Part shown: piece by piece, positions 1 through 12,146 of the stretch | Layout: every line of letters begins with the position of its first letter | Numbering within the stretch: the first letter of the stretch is position 1 | NCBI RefSeq assembly: GCF_000150275.1 | Contig: NW_002060951.1 | Location: 1,684,297 to 1,748,296 of the forward strand | Origin: Trichoplax adhaerens | Lineage: Eukaryota; Animalia; Placozoa | Direction: 5' to 3' | Length of the DNA stretch: 64,000 nt | Notes under the pieces: model-generated | Databases searched by the model: none | The model's input: the letters and a program-made list of their open reading frames with translations, nothing else | Told to the model about the DNA's origin: nothing | Translations under genes and position numbers: made by a program

Positions 1-1375
1 TTAACCCAGCCCACAAGACATATCTAACTCCAACACGAGGTAACTACAAATTGATAAATCAGTACCCTTTTATTAGCTATTCAATTGGTGCGTCCGTGAT
101 ACCTTGAATTAGTATTGAGGCTGTTTATTGAGGTTAGCTCTATTTCATATCAATGTGAAGTAAACTTCATTCTGATTGAAATGCTACTGAACAGTTAGTA
201 GTTATAACTTGAATAAACTCCTTTTGTCTAATTTGGTAGTACCTTTACGTACGTTTAGAATGTTCCCGAATTGTCTAAGCAAGGTACTTAACACTACGGT
301 ATGATAACAGTACAGTACATTTACACAAAATAATCACGAGATGGACATTCTACTAGTCTATGCAATCCATTACTTACCAAAATGCCAACAATAGGTGAGA
401 AGATGGCTTTCACAATAGAATACACCACGAATATTATCCCAAGTTGAACATGTGTTATTTGTCTTTTTTCAGCCTATTCCAAGATAGGATAATAATTATA
501 ATTGATTAATGAATGATAGGTTAATCCTAAACCTACATTGCATGGAGTATTGCATTTTAATCACATCGTAAACATTACAATGTACCTAGACGTTCAATAC
601 CTAGCGATATCAAATCAAAATAATAACGGAATGGAAAATATCGTATACGACTATACGCGTATAGCTTAATGTTTGGTACAGAATTTTAAAAAGGAATTAA
701 TTCATTCAGTTTGCATTGACACATATGTACTGTACGTGTCTAGATCAGTGCATTGGCAAAAAAAACTGTCAGCTAGTCAAATTACTGGCATACAGGGTAT
801 TTACTTAGTAAATCGGATTCAAGCGAGAAAATGGAAGAGGTTAAAATAACTCTATGCAATCTTTCTACTATATGCATTCATATAGCTTTGTATTCGTATC
901 CATCCAGAATCGGTGTCTAGGTGAGAAACTGTCATATCGTTCGTTAATTACTGTACTGTACTGTACATGTTCACGTAGGAAATGGAATGAACACAAAGGA
1001 ATGGAACGCAGAATTAATTAATTTATACACTAGTACGCAAAATTGTAGAAATAATACAGTACGATAAATATAGTAGATCGCATTGCATAAAGAAGCCTCC
1101 TGTAACGCATGAAAATGGAAGTGATATCACTACTAGCCACTCAATGCCAAGACTGGCATTGTATCAAAAGAGTTTAAATAAATCATAAATAAAAGCAGAT
1201 CGATACTACAGCATATGTAATTAATTATCCATGGCATTACCACAATAGGGAAAAATGGAGCTATAATGGCGTAAGCACACGCAGATACAACATACAAGCA
1301 GCTAAAAATGACGATGATTGTTAGTCTAAAACGACGGGTGATATCAGGTAATTGAACTTCAGAAGAATCAGCCAT
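1..1375 (-). CDS. MFS transporter, SLC18B1-like (5' part; gene runs off the window start)
   Basis: Exons 1375-1241 (MADSSEVQ...CAYAIIAPFFPIV|GTAATG), 473-378 (AEKRQITHVQLGIIFVVYSIVKAIFSPIVGIL|GTAAGT) and 43-1 (LPRVGVRYVLWAGL). All join in phase 0 with GT-AG ends. The TM1-TM3 pattern 'APFFP..AE' resembles SLC18B1. Confidence 0.8.
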
Positions 1376-1554
1376 CAATCTCGCTTACGATGAACCCAGC
1401 GTTGATATCTGTCCAATTATCTAACTTTATCTATAACATACAACATGTATATCTATCTACAGTATGATAGTTTTATTCGACCGAAGAGAGTTGTTAGTTT
1501 CGTCTGAATCCAGAAATAGATGGATTAATATGATTAGGTAATACTAGACCTGAC

Positions 1555-1670
1555 CGTAATACTGTACAGTACAGTATAGTAGAAGAAAAGTTGTAGTCAG
1601 CAAATTTTCATCAAACTGCGTACAGTACAGTACAGTAATCGTACTGTACGGTACGATACAGAGTACCACA
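1555..1670. promoter_or_regulatory. (GTACW)n island in the divergent MFS/HBDH promoter
   Basis: TACTGTACAGTACAGTA and TACAGTACAGTACAGTA..GTACTGTACGGTAC between two head-to-head start codons. Confidence 0.55.
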
Positions 1671-1786
1671 GCAAATTCCTCCCGACAACAACTTTTTGCA
1701 GAGCTAGTGTGCAGAGGCACTAAGCTGGGAGTGACCAGAATCATTATATAATTTGAGACAATTTCACTTCAAGTGACTAACTAAAC

Positions 1787-2566
1787 ATGGCTGAAGGCAA
1801 AAATGCAGTGATCACTGGGTCAACAAGTGGCATTGGTCTTGATATTGCTCGTACGTTAGCAAAAAATGGAGCTAATATCGTTATTAATGGCTTTGGTGAA
1901 AAGCAAGTCATCGACAAAATTGTCGAAGAGCTGCAAGGTTATGGTGTTCAGGCCGCCCATCACCCTGCGAATATGTTGCGATCGAATGAAATTAAAGAGA
2001 TGATCCAGTTTACTATTGAAACATTTGGATCGGTCGATATCTTGATTAATAATGCTGGAATTCAGCATGTTTCACCTATTGAAGATTTCCCCGATCAAAC
2101 ATGGGAAAATATCATCGCTATCAATCTATCGGCTGCTTTCTACACCATGAAAGAAGCTATGCCATCGATGAAGAAAAGTAACTGGGGGCGAATAATAAAT
2201 ATTGCTTCAGTTCATGGCTTGGTAGCCTCTGTCGGTAAAACTGGCTATTGTGCAGCCAAGCATGGACTTGTTGGTTTAACCAAAGTCGTTGCGCTAGAAA
2301 CAGCTGAAGCAGAAATAACTTGTAATGCTATTTGCCCTGGCTTTGTTTTGACACCATTAATTGAACAACAAATTGAAAATATAGCCAAAAAGGAAAATAT
2401 ATCTATTACTGAATCTCAACATCGACTTTTAGCTGACAAACAGCCTGCTAAGCAATTTGTTAAAACAAAAGATCTTGGTGAATTAGTCTTATTTTTGTGT
2501 AGTGATGCAGGAAGATTAATGACTGGTGCTTCTCTAACTATGGATGGAGGTTGGACTGCTCAATAA
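1787..2566 (+). CDS. D-3-hydroxybutyrate dehydrogenase, bacterial HBDH-type classical SDR, intronless
   Basis: 259-aa ORF with TGSTSGIG, NNAGIQH, SVHGLVAS..K..YCAAKHG, TPLIEQQI and C-terminal MDGGWTAQ. Confidence 0.93.
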   Translation: MAEGKNAVITGSTSGIGLDIARTLAKNGANIVINGFGEKQVIDKIVEELQGYGVQAAHHPANMLRSNEIKEMIQFTIETFGSVDILINNAGIQHVSPIEDFPDQTWENIIAINLSAAFYTMKEAMPSMKKSNWGRIINIASVHGLVASVGKTGYCAAKHGLVGLTKVVALETAEAEITCNAICPGFVLTPLIEQQIENIAKKENISITESQHRLLADKQPAKQFVKTKDLGELVLFLCSDAGRLMTGASLTMDGGWTAQ

Positions 2567-5461
2567 AATTGGAAGCTTTTATTGCGCTATAATTTCAATC
2601 AATAGTAACCAACTTTAAGCCATCTTTACTAACATGAAAGCAAAAATTTTTATCATGATACTTTTAACCCTAGTATACTTAATAAAATCGATTGCCTTAA
2701 TATGCAGTGCAAAGTTACTAAGAGTATCGCTGCGGATATCTGCCAAGTTCAATCCTTATTGAGTAGAGAGATTTTATAATATCATGTATCATAAGCCAAT
2801 AGGAATAAGGAATAACTGGCATAACTTTGCTTGAAAAAGGCCGTCTGTGGTAACATGGAATCAAATTAGTAAATTTGATCCGGTATATCTGGGACAGCTA
2901 CAGGTCTATTCTTATTACACTTACAGCATTTAGAAAACGCTTTTTCTTCGTCTATTCGTATACCTTTCTTATCTTGATATCGCTAAGGTTAATTACCATT
3001 AACTGTATAAAAACATTAATATTTTCTCTGTAATACTATAGAGACATTATATATTGAAAATAATGTAAAGTTAATTACTGCAATACTTGCTGCCTTGGAT
3101 TTATGAATAACTACAACCTGATCATAATTGCTTAAAGCGCCAATATAACATTAAAAGATTATCTCATTTGTAATCATTTTCTTTATTGCCATAAGAATAG
3201 AATCTTTTAAACTTAGATGGTATAATTATGGTGTAGATGATTATAACGAATGAGTTCTAATTAAAGCATTGTAATCTCATTATATTATAGCAATTTTAGT
3301 GATTATCATTTAAGGAATCTGTTAGCATCGTGAGAATACGAGGAACATGCCGACAAACATTTCTGGAGCAAAGTCAAATGCAATTACTTGTTAGGTTTAG
3401 CCATTACCACATATATAGCCATGATCATATATTCGTACAGCTAATTGAGCTTTATCACCTTTTCGCGAAACGCTGATGTTTAAACAGATAGCTATCTTAT
3501 TGTAAGCTTCATGCATTTCAATGAGTATATACGTTGTAATTTAATTGTCCTTCCAGTATTACGCTGGCTAATCAACAATTTCCACATTTCTTTACATTGC
3601 AACCTTATTTATCTTCATAACAAAGTTCGGCATCAATTTAACATAAATGTGGACTTACATTATAATTATAGTTATTGATCTTGACATAAAAGAGCTCTTT
3701 TCTGTAATGTACTCGTGCTAGGAAATCACTCTTTAATATCTTAATTAAAACCTGTAAAGTAGCTATATAATGTCAGTTAACGCCGTATAGTCATAGTTTT
3801 CCATCTTTATTAAGGGTATCATATCAGCATTAGAAGTAAATTAATATTGAATGAACATCACTTAAATCACCATTACTAGCATTTATATAATCTGCTATAG
3901 CTGTTACTCATCTAGTTATGTATCTATAAAGCATTCAATACTGAATCGTATAATAACATTCCTTATCAGTTTGCATATAATTTCTAACTTGCAATATACT
4001 GCACATACTGTATTCAATACGTGTATATGGCATGGCGTCATTATCCATCAATATTATAAGGTAATTTATCCGAAATTCAGTAAGAGATTCGACTAGTATA
4101 TCACAGTAATGAGGTAAATTAAAAACTATTGACCGTAATGTTGTGGCTCTTCTCTGGATTTTATACATTCCCTTTGCATTAATGTTTGCCGACCGATAAG
4201 CCAGATATCCTTAAAAGTTGTACGTAGACGATAATAGAGTAAAAATACGGAATACTCTAATTACTAATTGTCTATTGGTATACTTTTATATCCTGCATAA
4301 GATTTTAAATATTCATAACGATTTTCAGTTTGGTTATTTACAATACAGTAATAATTAAATTAATGCGCATCAGGTGTGTAATATGTTACTATTTAGGACC
4401 TGCCTAACATCGAATAAAATTCCTTACCAATTTTAGCTAGTGTGCAACGGCTTTATTGAAGAGTTATAAAATGTCGAACAAACTTCTCGTAATTCTTAAA
4501 TTGTCTGCAATATTTAATTTAATATGCAGCCATACGTATGTGTTTGTGAATGTGCATCACTTATGTATAATCTGTTACATTCATAGGTGCCACAGTGTAT
4601 TATTTAAATGAACACATTTTGTACTAAATGAGGCTTTAATATATGGGATGTTAATTCGTATAACCGATATCTAATAAAGTGCTAAAAAATATTCTTTCTA
4701 GCATAGATAAAGTTAAATTTACATGACGTTCTGTGCTTATATATACAAGTCGAATCCATGCTCGTGATACTTTCTTTGCATACAATGCGGTGCTTGTTAA
4801 CAATTTATCTACTATCATATACACTACGCCAGCATAGATCATGATTATAATGCATACAGAACCGTTACAATAACGTAATAAACTAGAACCGTGTTAGATC
4901 ACAATCTATTACATATATGTATATGTGTGTTAGCGGGTTGGGTTCAGAATCCTTTCTCTGTGTAGCAGCATATATATCTCTCTCTACCTTGTAACTGACT
5001 GACTTAGGGTAATAAAGTTCTCTTCTCTGAAACAGTTATTTCTCTCTCTCGTCTACAGTCTATAAGTACAAAGGCATATTAATATAACTGTAATCTATCG
5101 AATTAATACATTCCTATCAGTACGTGTTATGTATGATAAACAGGTAATGTTTAGGAATTACGTTCACTAGTAATTTACTAATACGTATGTAATATAAGTA
5201 TAACATATATATCACTTGCGGGAAGGCAACCCAGAATAAAAAAGTGGACTCCACGCTTCAGGCTACTTTGCAGTATCTAACCTAGTATTACGTGGTTGGC
5301 CTAGTAGCGCCCGAGAGAACATAACGGTACGGCTGTCCAATATCGTTTTATACTTAGAAGTTTTACGTTTTACTGACTCTCATATCAGATATCATGCGCA
5401 CAATAAATTACTTGTATTGTGTATGAATAAAATACAATTAGGTGAGGAAGTAAAAATGTAA

Positions 5462-8188
5462 TCATGATATTGCATTAAGGCTTCCAGACATAGTTAACTC
5501 TTTATGAAACGTATAATTCCTTATTTCCATTATAGTTCTCTGCCTATTGTTCACTTGAGGAACAAATAGTATAACATAAATCTTATTAGTAAATAAGCAA
5601 AGAAGGATACCAATAATTAACCCTATCATTCCAAAAGCTCCGATAGTGCTTTGTACTGGACCATGAGCAAATATAATAGTAGGTATATATATGCAAGTAA
5701 AAAAGCAGATGAGTAAAGATGCTAGGGAGACATATTTGGCCTCATGAAAACGTGCTGGGATATGGCGAGCTCTATAAGTGAGATATGCAGATATTGTAGT
5801 GATAATTAATAAAATCGCCATGGAAAGATACGCACCAAGTTCATATCGAGTTTTACAGCGAAAATAAACTAAATTATCTTCAGTAACATATCTTTCGATT
5901 ATGACAGGATCTAAGGCTGTGATCACCAGGATTAGTGAATTAATAATAATTATTTCACCAATAATAAGAATAAATTGTCCGATATCTCTATTCCAAAAAT
6001 TTACTTGTCGACTAAATGATTTATCCTTGAATAGTTTAACAATGATACGAATTTTATTTATTATAACGATGTTAAGATTTGCTGGTGGTAGTAGAATAAC
6101 TGGAAAAATATAATGACAACCTACTAAGGCTTTAGGTAGAATAAACATAACCGGGCTGACATGGCACAGGCCGATGAAAAAGAGTAATGTATAAGTTAGA
6201 GCGATATTAGAAGCCTTTACGATTGGTGTTGATCGATTTTTGAATATAATAAGCCATGTAGTGATGGTTAGTAAAAAGCTCACTGCAGTAGTAATAAGAA
6301 CAACAAGTGGTATCGGATCGATTAATTTGCTCTCAGTTGGTGAGATTTCAACACAATCCGTCTGATTATTATTAGGCTTAGAACCACGTTTGCAACTTGT
6401 GCAAGTATCTGCGTTTATTTTGCTGGAGATTTGATGTTTAAGGCAAGGTAAACATTGCCAGCAGCACTTACTTGTTGTGATATATTGTCGAGTGCCAGGC
6501 TGACAATCATTACTACAGCGAGATGATACTACATGATCTCGAGATAAATTATTCTCCGAAATCATAAACCAAGAAGAATTAGTAGTTTCGTTTATTTCCC
6601 ATGTTCCTATTTTTTTAAAATATAAGTGTTTGCTACTTTCTGCTTTATTACTGTCACTATCTTTTGTCAACTGTAATTGAAAAATATCGTATTTAGGTCT
6701 GCTGTTACCCATGTGATCAAATTTAAATTGGGTTGTAGTGTATCCGTTGAAGTGAACTCTTTTAAGATTTTGTGTAACATCGCGCCATAATAAAGAATCT
6801 TCTTGTCTGATAATCCTACTATGACAGAAAATATTATTACATTTCAAGACTTTATGTAATGCATATGCAAATGCATATACGCCGTCCATCACATATGCTG
6901 CCAGGCTTGACTTCGAGTAAAATTCAATACTGTAATTATTAGATAAGTTTTTCATTTGACCACATTTTAAATAATCAGTAACATTATCTGACATAAATTG
7001 ATACCAATATTCATTAAACCATGGGTTGATATTATTATTACATAGATTTAATGTTTTTAAATATTCATGATATTTGTTTAGTTTCTGTTTAGATTGCAGT
7101 AATGTAACGCCAATCATGCCTATTACAACATCGGAATACGTTCGCGCAATTACAGGAGAATTACCCCACGCATCGGAACCTAGCCACATCCTACCAGTTA
7201 AATTTTGATATTGTGCTTCTTTCAGAAGTACTTTAGCTTCAGCTTCTGAACAAATTAAGATAATTGTTTTAACTTTAACATTATTAACCAATCTGTTAAC
7301 AATATCTGAAATAATTTGATCATGAAACTGTGAAGGAAACTGTGCATTGATTGCAATACATATTTGATATTCAGATGCTAAAGTTACAATTTTGGCTCGA
7401 AGTTGATTACCATATTGATCATTTGTTGATACGACTGCAATATAGTCCCATCCGAAATATTTAACAATATCCACGATAGCTTGAGCTTGATACGTATCGG
7501 ATGGTACGGTGCGAAAAAATGATCCAAATCTTGACTTATCACTTAACGTACGACTAGTAGAAGCGTAGCTGATTTGAGGCATCTTGTAAGTAGTAAACAA
7601 TGTTGCAGTAATTATAGACTCTTTGCTACTTCTAGGACCAATAACACCTATGATCTTTTTATTGAAAGTCTGTTGAATCATATGAATATCGGTTAGATTT
7701 GTTATCGCGTTGCAGTCTGCAGCAGTGTTGATACAGTTGCACATTTTTTCGTTCGCTTTTGGCTTTTGTAAATCATTACGTATCATATCTATAGCATGGG
7801 TCAAAGCTAGTTGTGAACTACCCCCGCTATCGAATAGATATAGCCCTAGGGTTATGTTGGGCAATAAATTGGAATTATTATTAATGGCATCGATAGCATA
7901 AATCATAGATTGTACTCTCTGTAGGCTTCTTGGATTTATAGATTGAAGTTTCCTGGTAATAGGATGGTAATTATCGTGAACATCGAACAATCCAGCTATT
8001 AGAAATTGTCCAGGTTTGACGCCAATTAAAGCTGTAGATTTACCGCCTAATCCCAAAGTGCAAGGCGAATGCAGCGTTGTCTGTCCTTTCTTGATAGAAA
8101 TAGAAAAATGAAACAAATGAAATAGCACAAAGAATTTGGCAAAGCCTAAAAGAGGACGGGTCGGCAATCTATGCAGATACGGAGTCAT
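5462..8188 (-). CDS. Class C GPCR (mGluR/CaSR-like amino-acid receptor), intronless
   Basis: First ATG at 8188 (the ORF track starts at an upstream TTG). Hydrophobic signal peptide, Venus flytrap (INNNSNLLPNITLG, QISYASTS, FFRTVPSD, GSDAW), Cys-rich domain (CSNDC..CCWQC), 7TM with VKAS and IPARFHEAK. Confidence 0.95.
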   Translation of the reverse strand: MTPYLHRLPTRPLLGFAKFFVLFHLFHFSISIKKGQTTLHSPCTLGLGGKSTALIGVKPGQFLIAGLFDVHDNYHPITRKLQSINPRSLQRVQSMIYAIDAINNNSNLLPNITLGLYLFDSGGSSQLALTHAIDMIRNDLQKPKANEKMCNCINTAADCNAITNLTDIHMIQQTFNKKIIGVIGPRSSKESIITATLFTTYKMPQISYASTSRTLSDKSRFGSFFRTVPSDTYQAQAIVDIVKYFGWDYIAVVSTNDQYGNQLRAKIVTLASEYQICIAINAQFPSQFHDQIISDIVNRLVNNVKVKTIILICSEAEAKVLLKEAQYQNLTGRMWLGSDAWGNSPVIARTYSDVVIGMIGVTLLQSKQKLNKYHEYLKTLNLCNNNINPWFNEYWYQFMSDNVTDYLKCGQMKNLSNNYSIEFYSKSSLAAYVMDGVYAFAYALHKVLKCNNIFCHSRIIRQEDSLLWRDVTQNLKRVHFNGYTTTQFKFDHMGNSRPKYDIFQLQLTKDSDSNKAESSKHLYFKKIGTWEINETTNSSWFMISENNLSRDHVVSSRCSNDCQPGTRQYITTSKCCWQCLPCLKHQISSKINADTCTSCKRGSKPNNNQTDCVEISPTESKLIDPIPLVVLITTAVSFLLTITTWLIIFKNRSTPIVKASNIALTYTLLFFIGLCHVSPVMFILPKALVGCHYIFPVILLPPANLNIVIINKIRIIVKLFKDKSFSRQVNFWNRDIGQFILIIGEIIIINSLILVITALDPVIIERYVTEDNLVYFRCKTRYELGAYLSMAILLIITTISAYLTYRARHIPARFHEAKYVSLASLLICFFTCIYIPTIIFAHGPVQSTIGAFGMIGLIIGILLCLFTNKIYVILFVPQVNNRQRTIMEIRNYTFHKELTMSGSLNAIS

Positions 8189-10507
8189 AATATGCAAAAT
8201 GCAAGTTAGATTCAATAACCTGACATGATATGCAAAAAGTTATCGGATCCAACGAATTATTTAGAGTACAGCATGGTATCTTCACCTAAAAGTTTTATTA
8301 GTTTTTAGCTTCTATTACTGTCTTTTAGAATTTTGAGAATTGTCTAATATAGCATACATCTTTATGAAAAGTTAACGCAAACCATATGTTGGGTTCGATA
8401 TACGACATTCAACTTATTTTACGTCATAAAAAATTCATCATCTATATTGGTAATTTAATTATGTAAGAACATTTTCGTTAATTTGTAAAATACAATAAGT
8501 ATAGATGACAGTAATTAAAACATCTTATTCAATACTAATTCTTCTAAATGTAGGTTACATTTATTACTTAAAGTAGGGATAGGTAAAGCCAACACCTTTC
8601 ATAGATGAATTAAAGCTGTCGCAATTTTACAAGCTATGAAAACTCTATTGGAAGACACGCTTATGCAGTGCAACAGCTAATCATTTTAAATCTTTGTATT
8701 ACGTAATATTATGGCAGCACTTCCGAAGATTGTCCTCAATTTGACGATGGATTTGCACAGAGTCTAAAGCGTTTACTTATTGAAAATATTCTACTTAATA
8801 AATTTTTACGGGTAATAAGATATTTGATTATTACGCGTATATATAAGAGTAATTTATACAATCGTCGGCGATAGCAATTTAAAAATAATTTTGACTTATT
8901 ATACATACAATTGAAATCGTATTGGAATATCTTATATAATCATGTATATTTTTAGTTTTTCAGAGTAGCCGATGCAACATCTTTCTACTACTGTAATTGC
9001 ATATAAATAGGGCCACTGCACTCTTAGTTCGCCACACTAACAAGATTTATACAGTAATCTCTGAAATTAATTAGGCTAGATGCTCCCACCTTCAGATTAC
9101 TTTTGAAACGATTAAATGCACGTCCAATCTGAACAACAATAGTACAGTTACTAGATATGCATGACTGAAACCGATAAAAAATTTCTAAATAGTAAAAATT
9201 TAGGTAATTGTACAGGATTTATCATATGAACGAGCTATGTAAATTATTTAATAGAAATACTGTATGATAAATCAGTCATCATCAAGTAGTAAGTTTGATT
9301 ACGGGTGCTAGTTTTCTCTGATCTACTGTTACAGTGTTGCCTTGTCATTAGGATAGTTTAATAAGTACAGTAGTAGCTAGTATGGAGAATATCCATATTT
9401 GTAGTGCTAGGTAAGATAAGTAATGCCTTAACGTAGATGTTGTTTGTAATAGTTCATTACATATTTGATATTGATTGTTATTGTGTGATAGATAGCAGTA
9501 GGATGATTCAAGTTCTAGTTGATGATAGTTGAATTAGATAACCTACGAGCTTAGATTAAGATTAAGTATGAGTAAGAGATTCAAAATATTTACTGATAGA
9601 AAAGCTATGTAAGGAGCATCTTAGTTCGAGATGATTCTCCTAGTAAGGTATAATAATAATACTGTTGTTGTTTACAAATTAGACGGTTCCTATATAAACG
9701 GGAACATTTGAGTTTTGAGGGTGGTAAAAAGTTGTAGATGTATCTTTGTTAATAAAAGCTTCATCTTTACAGTCTTTTGCTGTGTGTGTTTAACGTTAAG
9801 TAAAAGGGCGTTTAAGTCAGTAGCTACTTATAGACTTTTACTGTACTGTACGTTACCTTGTCGCAGAAGTGAAATTGTGACATCTACTTATACAAATGGA
9901 GTCAATCTCATATATATTTTATGGCGTATGGATTAATTTGCACATTTTACATCGCTCAGCGTATTTTATCGCCTGTCTACGATATAACCACAAATTATTG
10001 TAGGCCATTTCGTTATTATTGCTTAAACCGCGTCATCATGCATTACAATGTGATCTATCAATTAAAATGCTATAGTAGTAAGCGTTGAATTTCTTGTACT
10101 TATACACTTTCCCTTACAAAAATCAATAAGTAGCATTATCGAAGCTTGAGTAATGATATTCCACTTTGTATAGAATTAATAGCTATACCTTGTTAACTGA
10201 TACTACAAATGCGTATAAGGACGGTAGAATCGCTTAAATTAAATCGTGTGTAACATATTATTTCTACCATGAAGTAATTATAGCCATACCAAATTGCAGT
10301 TGTTCGAAATTAATAAGTTAATATTAAATAATAAGCAGTTTACGCATGACATGACTTAGTTTTGTTGATTTATTTTTTGGATCATTCATAATATTTACAA
10401 CTATTATACAGGTATGTAAGTCTTCCATATGTACAGATGAATCAATATTAATAAATTTAAGCTCTAAATTTTTAACTTGTAGAGATGAAATACATCACAA
10501 TTGCGCA

Positions 10508-11974
10508 TTATATGATTTTACTCTTCCCTTCTGTTGAAGTCTTTTCGCGAAAGTTAGCATTGCTCCATTTCCTATACCATAGCTGTGGAGTAAAAAAGAA
10601 GTATACTGCATAAATTTTTAGCATAGTAACTGGGCTCAAATCTGAGATTTAATTCTTTATAGATTATTACAGTTATTTATCAGTAAACATTAGTAAGCAT
10701 GAATACAGAAAATCAGTTAGATTAGTTCATATTATTAACGGTATAACATCAGGCTAAGCTAACATATTTCAGACTGGTAACTATTATTACTTACTCTATC
10801 AAGTTAGAGTCGTCTTTTTCAAGCTTTATACCTTCATAGATTAGCCAGTATGATTTCCAATAATATTTCCTGCAATGATTAATAAATTACAGCAGGATAA
10901 AATTTAATCTGCGTAAAAAATAGTAATTGTAAGGCAGGTACGATAATATTGATCATATATTGTTTGGCACAAATGCCGTGATATTACCAGTTAATTCGCC
11001 TAGATTCTCCTTTACGTTTAAGGTGGAGTAATGTTTGACGTTGAAAAGCTTTCTTAAACTGCTTGATTGTTGCAGTCTGGGGTACAATAACAGCTGTGAC
11101 CAGAAAATGTTTTAACATCAGTAAAATGTAATTCTGATTTAATTGATATGTAGTAATCCTGAAGACACGGTTATCAACTTATAGATGCACTTGAATGTAC
11201 GGCTTACATGAAATATTGCAATGAATAATTTTTGGCCAATTAACAAATTGCAATTTACATTAAATTAAGATTAGCTTCACTTGAAGTTATCAATATTCAT
11301 GTATGTTGGGCTTGATCTGTCTTATTATTAATAATCCTTAACTGCTTTCTAAAATTCCGTCTAAATTACATTGTGCTAGTCTTGAAGTAGACAAAGATGT
11401 ACGAGGTATCAATATAATAATGACAATGTTTAGCATCATCATGCACACTAGCAGTGGTTTACGTTGCAAAAGGCAAGCTTAATAATTAGGGCAATGTCAG
11501 TTTAATTTAATCTAATTGCTTGAGCTACTACAATGTTGATTCAAACAATCAAGGAAGCGTTCCCAATATGCAAGATTCAAGGGAAATGTATGAATGTCCT
11601 GTTTAAATAATTATTACTAATATATACACGTATATACAGCATATAAGTAAATCTTAAAGCTGCAGTACTAGAACAGTACAGTAAAAGCACCGGTTTATAA
11701 ACATCATCAGGCCGAGTCATTGTATGCACAGTAGTAGCAGCCTGCATCATCATCTTCCAATACAGGTAAGATTCTTACCTATCCTTTCACGACTATCTTT
11801 GCAAACAGTCACGGTCATAGCAAGGCCGTAATCTAGAGCAATAAGCGAATTTACTTCATCGATAGTCACATCATTGGGTAAAGAAGCAAGTAAGCTATCC
11901 TTCGTCATCTCAGCGATGCTATTTCTGAATATTGCCATAGCATGATTGTGCGTTAATAACTGATCTTCCGCCAT
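10508..11974 (-). CDS. SNRNP25: U11/U12 snRNP 25 kDa protein
   Basis: Exons 11974-11779, 11094-10988, 10869-10795 and 10582-10508 join in frame through GT-AG introns: LPNDVTIDEVNSLIALDYGLAMTVTV / VIVPQTATIKQFKKAF / INWKYYWKSYWL / DYGIGNGAMLTFAKRL. Confidence 0.9.
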
Positions 11975-12002
11975 GACGTTCGCCACCACTGAGTATACCC
12001 TT

Positions 12003-12146
12003 TTACAGTACAGTACTGTAGTACTGTATGTACTGTAATTTACAACCATGTCACTGTTCTGTACCGTACAAGTGTCCTGTACAGTACATTGTACACTGTA
12101 CTGTACAGGATATGGACCGATTACTGTTTTGGACAGTACTGTACTG
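12003..12146. promoter_or_regulatory. (GTACW)n island directly upstream of the SNRNP25 ATG
   Basis: Dense TACAG/TACTG units 30-170 bp upstream of the start codon. Confidence 0.55.

Noticed and set aside
1787-2566. HBDH as endosymbiont or bacterial contamination
   Set aside because: It is contiguous with spliced animal genes, has host-like AT content and promoter motif, and has no operon neighbours.
4205-4436. ATATCCTT plus TTCCTTAC as a U12 intron
   Set aside because: No supportable flanking exons or gene in 2.6-5.4 kb.
5901-7901. Antisense or alternative-frame ORFs over the GPCR (also over HBDH, Pumilio and 14-3-3)
   Set aside because: Shadow ORFs of real CDSs with no recognisable motifs.
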